Origin: Candidatus Culexmicrobium cathedralense | Lineage (GTDB): Archaea; Thermoproteota; Methanomethylicia; Culexarchaeales; Culexmicrobiaceae | Length of the DNA stretch: 64,000 nt | Assembly: GCA_025061115.1 (NCBI GenBank) | Contig: JANZKC010000004.1 | Coordinates: 64,001 to 128,000, forward strand | Reading direction: 5' to 3' | In this document: positions 21,902-30,454 of the stretch, in pieces | Layout of the letters: every line of letters starts with the position of its first letter | Numbering within the stretch: the first letter of the stretch is position 1 | Notes under the pieces: generated by a model | What the model saw: the letters and a program-made list of their open reading frames with translations, nothing else | Databases searched by the model: none | Told to the model about the DNA's origin: nothing | Translations under genes and position numbers: made by a program

Positions 21902-22712
21902 GATCTTTAATGCTTGTTTGCCTAGCAAGCTGTTTTCCAAGTTTGTTTCTCATGACTATAGAACGGCCATAAACTACCTTTCTATGAAGTATGGATTTTT
22001 CAACCTCTCTCCTGAAGATTTCCTTTCTTCAGCTGTTTCATTAGCGCTTATTTCTGGAGTGCTTTCATGTGCAATCCTAACCTACGTTCTTCAAGTAAAC
22101 CTTCTTTCTAGCTTGGCATTTTCAATTTTGTTGTTTATCGCCACTTACTTTTTCACGGCGTCATATCCCTTAAGAATATATCAGTATGAGCGCTCCATAT
22201 ACTCTCGCTATGCATACTTTGTGTTGAAAGAGCTGAATCTAGTTCTATTATCGACTAACTCTATTTTTGAAGCGATTAACTTCATAAAGTCTGGAGGCTA
22301 CCCTCTAATATCGCGGGACTTCGATGAAATTATAATGAATTGCGTTAATGGCTTCACTCCAGAAGAACTACTCCAAGAATATGCCCTTAATCAACCTTCA
22401 ACAACACTGAGGCAAGGTTTAATGGCGATTGAAAGTACGTCTGAAATTTCCGCATCTACTTTGAAGATCTTCTCTAGGTTTTCTTCCTCCGAGATAAGGA
22501 GGATTTACAAGGAGCAAAGTGTAAAAATGGAGATGTATTGTTTGCTCATCATAGTTTTGGGGCTGCTGTTCCCATTTACATATACATTCCTACTTTCGTA
22601 TCTTGGCTTCTCATCCTCTCCACTAGCGTTTCTTATGGCCCCCATTCAGCTGTTTTTCCTGATAATTACTTCCAAAGCTCTACTTGGTCGCGTTGCTGAG
22701 CCATTGGGGTGA
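21870..22712 (+). CDS. TadB/TadC-like (T2SSF) membrane platform protein
   Basis: Two N-terminal TM helices, soluble EAI.FI...GYPLISRDF domain, two C-terminal TM helices; overlaps ATPase end. Confidence 0.72.
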   Translation: MMVSAFLSVYKIFNACLPSKLFSKFVSHDYRTAINYLSMKYGFFNLSPEDFLSSAVSLALISGVLSCAILTYVLQVNLLSSLAFSILLFIATYFFTASYPLRIYQYERSIYSRYAYFVLKELNLVLLSTNSIFEAINFIKSGGYPLISRDFDEIIMNCVNGFTPEELLQEYALNQPSTTLRQGLMAIESTSEISASTLKIFSRFSSSEIRRIYKEQSVKMEMYCLLIIVLGLLFPFTYTFLLSYLGFSSSPLAFLMAPIQLFFLIITSKALLGRVAEPLG

Positions 22713-22718
22713 AAGCTT

Positions 22719-23570
22719 ATGCGTAGATCATTTTCCTTTAAGCTTTTCCCTATCGCCTTAATTCTTTCCCTTTCAATTAGCTTTTTCATAGTTAAGTTTT
22801 TCACACTGCCTCGGCTTCTCCTTCCCTTCATAACTGCTTTAATCGCTTTGCCATTGATTTTTCTCAGTTCCTCGCTGCTTCCCAGCTGGAAGGTGGAGGA
22901 TAATGAGTTTAAGCGTCAGGAAATTGTGGAGCTAGAGAATTTCTTAACGCTTTTTAGCTCCTACCTTAAGCTTGGTTTGAGCCCGGAGGCGTCATTGTTA
23001 AAGGCTTGCAATCAGTACTCTGGAGCGTTAAAGTCCTTATTTACTTCAGTTATTCAGTCAGCAATTACTACGGGTGGATCTGCATCCGATACATTAATCT
23101 ATTTAAGTAGAAAGCTAAGATGCCCTGAAAGTAGGCGCATATTAATTCTCTTTTCTAGAGCCTTGAAAATGGACTCCAAACGTTTTGGTAATTCAGCTAT
23201 GGCTATTATTTCTTGCCTTAAGGAGAATAGAGCTCTTAAAGAGTATGTCGACCTGCTTTTCTCCAAAATGAGGCTGAGAGCTTCGCTCTTAGCAGTGGTG
23301 TCATCAGCTGTATTAGCTGTTATGACAAGATTGGCTCCGCTTTTTTCAATTTTGAGAATTGCAGCATCTAGTACGGAGCTACCCTCAGCTTTTCCTCAAT
23401 CACCTGCAAGCTCTACTTTATTTATGGCATTATCAATGTTGGCTTTCATGAACTCCTACTTTGTTTCACTAATTGTTCATCATAGGCATCCACTTCTGCT
23501 ATCTGCTGCTTCAATCGTAGTGTATGCTTTAGTGTATCTCCTCTTTCCTCAGCTCCTACTTAGCTTTTAA
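22719..23570 (+). CDS. TadB/TadC-like (T2SSF) membrane platform protein
   Basis: FLTLFSSYLKLGLSPEASL signature of T2SSF domains; multiple TM helices. Confidence 0.75.
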   Translation: MRRSFSFKLFPIALILSLSISFFIVKFFTLPRLLLPFITALIALPLIFLSSSLLPSWKVEDNEFKRQEIVELENFLTLFSSYLKLGLSPEASLLKACNQYSGALKSLFTSVIQSAITTGGSASDTLIYLSRKLRCPESRRILILFSRALKMDSKRFGNSAMAIISCLKENRALKEYVDLLFSKMRLRASLLAVVSSAVLAVMTRLAPLFSILRIAASSTELPSAFPQSPASSTLFMALSMLAFMNSYFVSLIVHHRHPLLLSAASIVVYALVYLLFPQLLLSF

Positions 23571-23603
23571 ATATGTTCTTTCTCAGTAGTCTGGCGGGAG
23601 CAA

Positions 23604-23849
23604 TTGAAGAAACTGTATTATGCATTTAGTAATTTGCTCAAGAATCGGAAGGGATCTCCCTTACTTGAGGAAGGGATGCTTATTGCTCTCGCCATAATGA
23701 CGCTTGCAGTAATTTTTTCGATAGCTCTCGGCATATTGGGTGAAGTTCAGGAGATTGTTGAGAATATGGGCTTCACAACAGACAACTTCGTGAATTCGTT
23801 GGATGCACTATGGAATAAGATATTAGCGTTTCTCGGTCTCCAAAGCTGA
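23604..23849 (+). CDS. Small class III signal peptide pilin (Flp-like)
   Basis: KNRKG/SPLLEEG then a 20-aa hydrophobic helix; Glu at +5; 64-aa mature form. Confidence 0.8.
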   Translation: MKKLYYAFSNLLKNRKGSPLLEEGMLIALAIMTLAVIFSIALGILGEVQEIVENMGFTTDNFVNSLDALWNKILAFLGLQS

Positions 23850-24434
23850 GTAAGTGCGCAGGAAGTCGTCGAGAATGCCTTCATCGCTCAACTTCTTAAT
23901 CCAATTAATTCTTCCAGGCTTATACTGATCGCCATCACTTATCGCTTTCAGTATTTCATTAACGATTTCATCCGAGTTTTTGCCAGTAGCATCTATTTCT
24001 CTAACCATATCCTCTCCATAGGCTTGTATTGCCCTTATCAAGCATTCATCCAGCACTTCAGCCAAAACGTTTTCTCGCACCTTCTTTATCGGCCATTTGC
24101 GCTTAATCAGCCTTTTTTCAAGCTCTCTAGGGTCGACTCTTAGAACTATTGCGCACTTGATGAGCTTCCTTGGCACTATGTCGGCAAAGTGCCCTTCTAC
24201 CACCACATCTCTATCGCTGCTTTCAATGATTTCTACAAGCTTTTTCAGCAGCCTTCTTTTATCTGCAATTTTCGCTCCACTTCGCCTTTCATCTATTCCA
24301 ACATAGAGCTTCTCATCCTCAATTAATCTAGAAATGTCAATGTGAGTTGCATTGAGAACGGAGGTCAGCTTTTTCGCAACCGTGGACTTCCCCGTTCCGG
24401 GTGATCCTTGTATAACTATAACCTTTTTCATCAT
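23823..24434 (-). CDS. Adenylate kinase AK6/Fap7 family
   Basis: GSPGTGKST, VVEGH, RENVLAE. Confidence 0.92.
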   Translation of the reverse strand: MMKKVIVIQGSPGTGKSTVAKKLTSVLNATHIDISRLIEDEKLYVGIDERRSGAKIADKRRLLKKLVEIIESSDRDVVVEGHFADIVPRKLIKCAIVLRVDPRELEKRLIKRKWPIKKVRENVLAEVLDECLIRAIQAYGEDMVREIDATGKNSDEIVNEILKAISDGDQYKPGRINWIKKLSDEGILDDFLRTYSALETEKR

Positions 24435-24489
24435 TTAATCCCATCTACTTATTTATTTGAAGACATAATAATTTGTTGAGGTTAACTAA

Positions 24490-24774
24490 ATGAGCAGAAT
24501 TAGAGAAATTCTCAACCGCATATTCTGGCACCCTAATGAAGACCCCAAAAAATATGAAATCGTATTTGTGCATAGGGGGGCTCCGAACAATCTAAAGGTG
24601 ATACCTGCGTGGTGCATAGTTAAGGTTAATCCTGGAAGCTTCGAGTACTCGATTGGTGGGGAATATGCCAGAATTCCTTTCCACCGCATTGTAGTGATTA
24701 GGGATGTTAAGTCCGGTAAAATCGTGTGGAGGTCGCGGAGGCATGGTGCAGCAGCCTTTCTCGAAGGTGCCTGA
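24490..24774 (+). CDS. DUF504 / MJ1316-type RNA repair domain protein
   Basis: IREILNRIFW, HRGAP, IPFHRI. Confidence 0.88.
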   Translation: MSRIREILNRIFWHPNEDPKKYEIVFVHRGAPNNLKVIPAWCIVKVNPGSFEYSIGGEYARIPFHRIVVIRDVKSGKIVWRSRRHGAAAFLEGA

Positions 24775-25783
24775 AATTCCCTCGGCTGAATCCCTAATTG
24801 ACGTAGCGGTCCGACGAAGTTTGAAAGCTTCTCCCTCCGTACCCTTACAGGCTCCCCGAATATTGAAGGTTAAGCGTATTGCGGAGGCGAGAATCAGGTC
24901 CTTGGGAGACATCTTATGTAGCAAGCTTAATTCAATTTACGCTGCGCTGCCGAGCTTGAGGGATTTACACTCCTTTTACAAGTCTCTTTTAGGTTTGGTG
25001 GTAGAATATGAGGACTACAGTAAGGCTAGAAATAGGTTGAAAGCTTCTCAGAGAATTATAAGGAAGCTGATTAAGGAGTACTCTAATAAAGTAAGGGGAG
25101 CAGCAACTCCTGAGGATGTCACCAGAATTCGAAGGGAAGCTTACGGTAGAATACTTTCAGTTATTAGGAGAATTAAAAAGCAATTGGACCTCCTGGAAGA
25201 AGTCAGAAAGGCTCTGCACAAGGTTCCTTCAGTAGATCCTCAAGGCGTGATAGTGGTTGTTGCAGGCTACCCAAATGTGGGTAAGTCTACTTTTGTCAGT
25301 AAGGTCTCCACGGCAAAGCCCAAGATCGCGGAGTATCCTTTTACGACAACTGAGATAATTGTAGGTCACTTAACTCTAAATAACTTTAGAGTTCAAGTTA
25401 TAGATACTCCTGGGCTGCTTGATCGCCCAATCTACAAGCGAAATAGAATTGAGAGAATGGCAATTGCCGCCATCGAGCACTTGGCGGACTCCATAGTCTT
25501 CATCATAGATCCCTCAGAAACGAGTGGTTACACCATTGAAGAGCAGCTTTCGCTTCTCAACGAAATTAAAAGTACCTTCAAAAATACGCCTATCATACTG
25601 GCATTAAATAAGGTGGATGTATCTTCTCCAAGTCAGATTAAAGCATGTGAAGATGCTTTAGGCGCACCCCTATTCAAGATGGTGGCGAAGGATGGCGTTG
25701 GCATACGGGAAGTTCTAAATGAGGCGATAAAATTGGCTAAAGCTTCTGATCGGTTAACCGTGATAGGGGTTAATCAGTCCTAG
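24743..25783 (+). CDS. NOG1-family GTPase
   Basis: GYPNVGKS, YPFTT, DTPGLLDRP, NKVD; start moved to ATG 24743. Confidence 0.93.
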   Translation: MVQQPFSKVPEIPSAESLIDVAVRRSLKASPSVPLQAPRILKVKRIAEARIRSLGDILCSKLNSIYAALPSLRDLHSFYKSLLGLVVEYEDYSKARNRLKASQRIIRKLIKEYSNKVRGAATPEDVTRIRREAYGRILSVIRRIKKQLDLLEEVRKALHKVPSVDPQGVIVVVAGYPNVGKSTFVSKVSTAKPKIAEYPFTTTEIIVGHLTLNNFRVQVIDTPGLLDRPIYKRNRIERMAIAAIEHLADSIVFIIDPSETSGYTIEEQLSLLNEIKSTFKNTPIILALNKVDVSSPSQIKACEDALGAPLFKMVAKDGVGIREVLNEAIKLAKASDRLTVIGVNQS

Positions 25784-26848
25784 TCCATGTACTTTAATTT
25801 TCGCTCTGCCATTCCGGTGCTTTTCGACCTGGAATTTCACGCCTAAAATTTTCTCGATGATGGCAATATTAGTCTCAGCGTGCAATGTTAATTCTGTAAC
25901 CAGTATCTCTGAAAGTCCACTTGCTATTGCCATGTATGGGGGGAGCATATCTCCGAGATGTCTGTCGATGGGAGCTCTCTTTGAAATTTCACTTACAAGT
26001 TTCCTAGCTGCCTCCACGCCTACATTTTCAGCTCTTTTCCCCCGCTCGCCGAGAGCATCTGATCCCAGAATTGCTCCTCTATTGCTGCTAGCCCAAAGCA
26101 CTATCCCGCTGCCAGGCCCTAAGTGCCTATCTTCTTCAGGCTTGTACCACTCTACGCCTATGTTTACATTGGTAAATCCTGCTTTCTCGAGGAATGAACG
26201 GGCTGCATTAGCTTGCCTTTCAGCGACGTGCCTAGGCAGCCTGACGCAGTGGGATATTCCCTCTATTTTAACGATTTCTCCCAGCTCAACTGCTCTAATG
26301 GGATTTATTTTCCTAACCGGTTTCGCAATGACGCGTACTTTTCCTCCACCCTTAGGGTAGTGACCTCTTCTTAAAACATGAACTTCTACGTGATAGCCCA
26401 TTCTTGTTAAATGCGGTAGGAATACGTGCTTGATATAGTCTATTGGGGGGCTCCACTTAACGTCGGTTCCTCCAGTAATTTCAATCTCCGTTTTCTCCGG
26501 CGAAAATGCGAGTGCAGGCAGGATTGCTTGTAATACGAGTGAAATGCTTCCTGCCGTACCTATATTTACTTTGATTTTGCCTGAAGCTCTAGTTTTCGGA
26601 TGAAATGTTAGAGTTGTTGATCCTGGCTTTAATCCTTCAACCTTCGCTCTCGTCAGTGTGGCTAGTGCCCTTACTCCCTCCATGTGCTGCGGCCTTAGAC
26701 CTGGATTTGGCCGCTTAGCTCTAATGTTGTAAATTTTAACCGGCTTCATGCTTAGTGCCGAGAGGGCAATGGCAGTGCGAAGCACTTGCCCTCCGCCCTC
26801 TCCAATTGAACCGTCAATTTCAATTATTTCCAAATTAACTCCCTCCAC
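25754..26848 (-). CDS. rtcA: RNA 3'-terminal phosphate cyclase
   Basis: DGSIGEGGGQVLR, RPNPGLRPQH, GGTDV, RGHYPKGGG, catalytic His (TLHAET). Confidence 0.96.
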   Translation of the reverse strand: MEGVNLEIIEIDGSIGEGGGQVLRTAIALSALSMKPVKIYNIRAKRPNPGLRPQHMEGVRALATLTRAKVEGLKPGSTTLTFHPKTRASGKIKVNIGTAGSISLVLQAILPALAFSPEKTEIEITGGTDVKWSPPIDYIKHVFLPHLTRMGYHVEVHVLRRGHYPKGGGKVRVIAKPVRKINPIRAVELGEIVKIEGISHCVRLPRHVAERQANAARSFLEKAGFTNVNIGVEWYKPEEDRHLGPGSGIVLWASSNRGAILGSDALGERGKRAENVGVEAARKLVSEISKRAPIDRHLGDMLPPYMAIASGLSEILVTELTLHAETNIAIIEKILGVKFQVEKHRNGRAKIKVHGLGLINPYHG

Positions 26849-26953
26849 TCCGAATGCTACTTACAAGGTGGAGCGCGCTGCATATATTTATCTTCCATCA
26901 ATTTCTTAAAGTTAAAATACTTGGCTACAATCAACATTTGTGGGGTTAGTCAA

Positions 26954-27505
26954 TTGAGCAGGTGGCATAGAGGCGCTTACGTCGGGAAGTTTCAGCCCTT
27001 CCATAAAGGACACTTGAAGTGCGTAAAGTATGTGCTTGACAGGGTTGAGGAGTTGATAATTGTTCTTGGAAGTTCCCAGTACAGCCATAGTTTAGAGAAT
27101 CCATTTACAGCTGGTGAGCGAATTGAAATGATACGCCTAGCTCTTAGGGAGGCTGGAATTCCCTGCGACCGCTACATGATTGTTCCCGTACCTGACACGA
27201 ATTGCGTACATGCTTTATGGGTTGCGCGCGTGGTCAGCTACACCCCCAAGTTTGAGGTCGTTTTTTCCAATGAACCATTAACTCGGCGCCTATTCTATGA
27301 ATCTGGCTTTGAGGTTCAGAACATCCCATTCTTTGACAGAGAGGTTCTTTCAGCAACGGAAGTTAGGCGTAGAATGATTAGCGGCGAAAATTGGGAAGAG
27401 CTTGTGCCTCCAATTGTGGCTAAGTATATCAAGTCCATTAAGGGCGTGGAGCGGCTAAAATCTCTAGCAATAAAAGATAAGCCTCCATTTAAAGTTCAAC
27501 TATGA
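26954..27505 (+). CDS. nadM: Nicotinamide-nucleotide adenylyltransferase
   Basis: GKFQPFHKGH, NPFTAGER, SATEVRRRM; start uncertain (26921 or 26954). Confidence 0.93.
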   Translation: MSRWHRGAYVGKFQPFHKGHLKCVKYVLDRVEELIIVLGSSQYSHSLENPFTAGERIEMIRLALREAGIPCDRYMIVPVPDTNCVHALWVARVVSYTPKFEVVFSNEPLTRRLFYESGFEVQNIPFFDREVLSATEVRRRMISGENWEELVPPIVAKYIKSIKGVERLKSLAIKDKPPFKVQL

Positions 27506-28286
27506 TCTCATCGCCAACTTTCACGCTGTACATTTTTGCTGCACTTCCCATGTTTACTGCTATTTCGAGTAGATTGAAGCTGTCTACTACGGCTAAAGTG
27601 CTGCCGGCTGAAGCATCTCCATACGCTCTGCTCAGTCTAACTTCCATCTTAACTTGCCCCTTCACATAGACGCTAATCTTATCGCCAAACTTCACGCCCT
27701 TCTTCCATAAGATCTCTTCAGGTATGTTTGTGACTATGTTGCCAAAGCCATCTATGTAAACAACTTCACCCACAACTCTTCCATCGGCAATCCTGGGCTC
27801 AGGAAATGGGCTTCTAATATAATCTGAAATTTCTACACCCACTTCTTCAGGGTCAACCCCTATGGCTATATGTGCTGCTACGGGTGCGAATATGTCTCTG
27901 CCGTGAAATGTTGACGATACCTCCTTAAGCATGTACTTGGGGTTGCTAATTTCAAGCACCTTTACAATTTCCTCGTTATGCGCAGCCAGCATTAAAAGCC
28001 CGTTATCAGGCCCGACAAATATGCTTCGCTTTGTGACTACAATTATTGGGCGCCTTGATGTGCCAACTCCAGGATCTACAACCCCAACGTGCACTGTCCC
28101 CTCCGGAAAGTAGGGGGTAACTGCCGCTAAAATGAATGCCCCCTCTCTCACATTGAACTTATCCACCTCATGCGTGATGTCAATGATTTTAGCGTTTGGA
28201 GCGATGCTTAAAATCACGCCTTTCATTGCCGCAACGTACGGATCCTTAACCCCAAAGTCGGTTAGCAATGTTATGATTCTGCTCAT
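27489..28286 (-). CDS. SAM hydroxide adenosyltransferase (DUF62)
   Basis: TLLTDFG, VVDPGVGT, GPDNGL, STFHGRDIFAP, IDGFGN. Confidence 0.94.
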   Translation of the reverse strand: MSRIITLLTDFGVKDPYVAAMKGVILSIAPNAKIIDITHEVDKFNVREGAFILAAVTPYFPEGTVHVGVVDPGVGTSRRPIIVVTKRSIFVGPDNGLLMLAAHNEEIVKVLEISNPKYMLKEVSSTFHGRDIFAPVAAHIAIGVDPEEVGVEISDYIRSPFPEPRIADGRVVGEVVYIDGFGNIVTNIPEEILWKKGVKFGDKISVYVKGQVKMEVRLSRAYGDASAGSTLAVVDSFNLLEIAVNMGSAAKMYSVKVGDEIIVEL

Positions 28287-28348
28287 TTCCTTCTCACAAT
28301 AAGCTTTTAGTATTATTAAGTAGATAAGCTTGGTGACGAGGTGATGCT

Positions 28349-29485
28349 ATGTTAATCATGCTTCCTGGCCCCACAAATGTGCCGTCTAGAGTGCTTCAAG
28401 CAATGGTTAAACCGATAATCAGCCATAGGGGACCCGAATTTCACGAGCTTTATGAGAGAATTTCGGAAAACTTGAAGTACGTATTTCAAACAGGCAATGA
28501 CGTCTTTGTACTGACTTCTTCGGGGACTGGCGGCGTAGAGTGCGCTGTAAGCAATTTAATTGCCCCCAACGACAAAGTGGTAGTTCCCGTGAACGGCGTT
28601 TTTTCGAAGCGTTTAAGCGACGCCATTAGAGTCTATGGAGGTAAGCCGATAGAGGTAAGCTTAAAGTGGGGATCAGCTCCTTCCTACGATGATGTGAAGA
28701 GAGTTTTGGAAGAGGAGGAAGACGTCAAAGCTATAGCTGTTGTTTACAATGAAACTTCAACTGGAGCTAAGTGCATCGACTTGGGAAGAATCGGCGAGCT
28801 GGCAAGAAGCTACGGCTTACTCCTCATAGTTGATGCAATTTCAATTCTAGGTGGAGATGAGCTGCCCGTAGATAAGTGGAATATTGACGTATGTGTAACT
28901 GGTAGTCAAAAGTGCTTAGCTTGTCCCCCAGGCCTAGCCCTCATCTCCGTAAGTGAGCGTGCCCTAAAAGCGGCAGAGAAGAATTCTGCAAGAAAAGCTT
29001 ACTACTTCGACTTCGTAAAGTTGAAGAATTTTCATGAAAAAAGTGAAACCCCATTTACTCCAGCCCTACCGCTGCTATATGCCTTGGATGAAGCCCTAAA
29101 AGTGATAGTAGAGGAAGGGTTGAAAGCTCGAATTGAAAGGCATAGGCGATGTGCGAGTGCTTTCTACTCTGCACTTGAAGCTCTAGGTTTAGAAATTTTC
29201 CCTGAAAGGGATGTTCGATCTAACACCGTAATAGTTGCTAAAGTTGCAGGCAGAGTTGATGATGCTGAGTTGAGGCGCTACCTGAAAGAAGTTCATGGGA
29301 TAGTCATAGCTGGAGGAATGGGCGCTCTTAAAGGGAAGGTCGTAAGGATTGGCTGCATGGGGATGATCTCGCAGGACATGGTGCTGCAAACGGTGTCAGC
29401 ATTAGAGGATGCTTTGATGTCTCTTGGGTGCAATATAAAGCGAGGTCAAGCTGTCAATGCAGCTAAGGAAGCATTGGCTAAGTAG
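28349..29485 (+). CDS. Class V aminotransferase (serine-pyruvate/alanine-glyoxylate type)
   Basis: PGPT, NETSTG, VDAIS, GSQKCLACPPG, TPFTP. Confidence 0.93.
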   Translation: MLIMLPGPTNVPSRVLQAMVKPIISHRGPEFHELYERISENLKYVFQTGNDVFVLTSSGTGGVECAVSNLIAPNDKVVVPVNGVFSKRLSDAIRVYGGKPIEVSLKWGSAPSYDDVKRVLEEEEDVKAIAVVYNETSTGAKCIDLGRIGELARSYGLLLIVDAISILGGDELPVDKWNIDVCVTGSQKCLACPPGLALISVSERALKAAEKNSARKAYYFDFVKLKNFHEKSETPFTPALPLLYALDEALKVIVEEGLKARIERHRRCASAFYSALEALGLEIFPERDVRSNTVIVAKVAGRVDDAELRRYLKEVHGIVIAGGMGALKGKVVRIGCMGMISQDMVLQTVSALEDALMSLGCNIKRGQAVNAAKEALAK

Positions 29486-29546
29486 CGTGTCAGAGCTTTT
29501 AACTTTCCTCATCATTTTAAGCGCTCAGCCAGCTCATCATCCACGC
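29485..29546 (-). ncRNA. Box C/D methylation guide sRNA (predicted target tRNA-Lys UUU)
   Basis: Minus strand: GCGTG-G-ATGATGA(C)-GCTGGCTGAGCG-CTTA(D')-AA-ATGATGA(C')-GGAAAGTTAAAAGCT-CTGA(D)-CACGC, with a 5-bp terminal stem and AAAACTATATAA about 25 nt upstream. Confidence 0.9.
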
Positions 29547-29590
29547 GAAAGAGTTATGATTTGCTGAGTTATATAGTTTTGCGATAGCAT

Positions 29591-30166
29591 ATGAAGGCGC
29601 TCGTCATAGGGGACTTCCACATACCTACTAGGGCTAAGTCCATACCTAAGCAGTTCTTACCACTAATTAATGAAGGCAACTTCGACTTAATTCTATCAAC
29701 AGGGGACTTCGTTGAGAGAAAGGTGCTCTCGTACTTAGAGAACATAGCAACTACAGTGTGGGTAGTGGGTAACATGGATTTTTTCGCGTATGAGCCGAGG
29801 GAGAGGGTAGTGGCATTGGAGGGCTTCCGCGTGGGATTGACGCATGGAGCTCAAATATACCCTAGGGGGGATCCCCGCAAACTTCACAGTTTAGCTTTAA
29901 CTTTGGGTGTGGACGTTCTGATTTCAGGTCACACGCATATTGCCTCTACGAAGCTGGTAAATGGCATTTTACTGCTAAATCCAGGAAGCGCTACTGGGTG
30001 TTGGAGTGGAACTGGGGGCTCCCTAGTTCCCAGCTTCATGATCCTAAGCGTTGAAGGAAGCAAAATTTCAGTTTCAGTTTATGAGCTCGTGAAGTCTGAA
30101 GTCCGCGTAACCGCCAAGACATTCATGAAGTCGAGCGGCGGTAAAATCGTACTAAGAGCTACTTAG
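29591..30166 (+). CDS. Metallophosphoesterase, Vps29/YfcE family
   Basis: GDFHIP, TGD, GNMD, THG, ISGHTH, NPGSATG, PSFMIL. Confidence 0.92.
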   Translation: MKALVIGDFHIPTRAKSIPKQFLPLINEGNFDLILSTGDFVERKVLSYLENIATTVWVVGNMDFFAYEPRERVVALEGFRVGLTHGAQIYPRGDPRKLHSLALTLGVDVLISGHTHIASTKLVNGILLLNPGSATGCWSGTGGSLVPSFMILSVEGSKISVSVYELVKSEVRVTAKTFMKSSGGKIVLRAT

Positions 30167-30379
30167 AATTTCCTCCCAAAGCTTAAGCATTGACACTGCA
30201 GTTTCTTCATCGAGCTTTTGAATAGCAAAGCCAGCATGAACTATGACGTAATCTCCAGGTAAAACTTCATCCTCAATTAGCGTGAGCAGTATTTCTCTCT
30301 GTACTCCGCCAAAGTCTACAGTTGCTCTATCTCCATTAACCGATACAACTTTTGCGGGGACTGCGAGGCACATGTTCAC
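30152..30379 (-). CDS. hypC: Hydrogenase maturation chaperone HypC
   Basis: MCLAVPAKV, VDFGGV, GDYVIVHAGFAI; true start probably 30373. Confidence 0.95.
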   Translation of the reverse strand: MNMCLAVPAKVVSVNGDRATVDFGGVQREILLTLIEDEVLPGDYVIVHAGFAIQKLDEETAVSMLKLWEEILSSS

Positions 30380-30454
30380 TCGCTATTCTGTTCACCAAAA
30401 AAGTAATTTAACTGTTATGTTAAATGTTGTCGCGCGCCTAAGTGGTGAGGGAGC

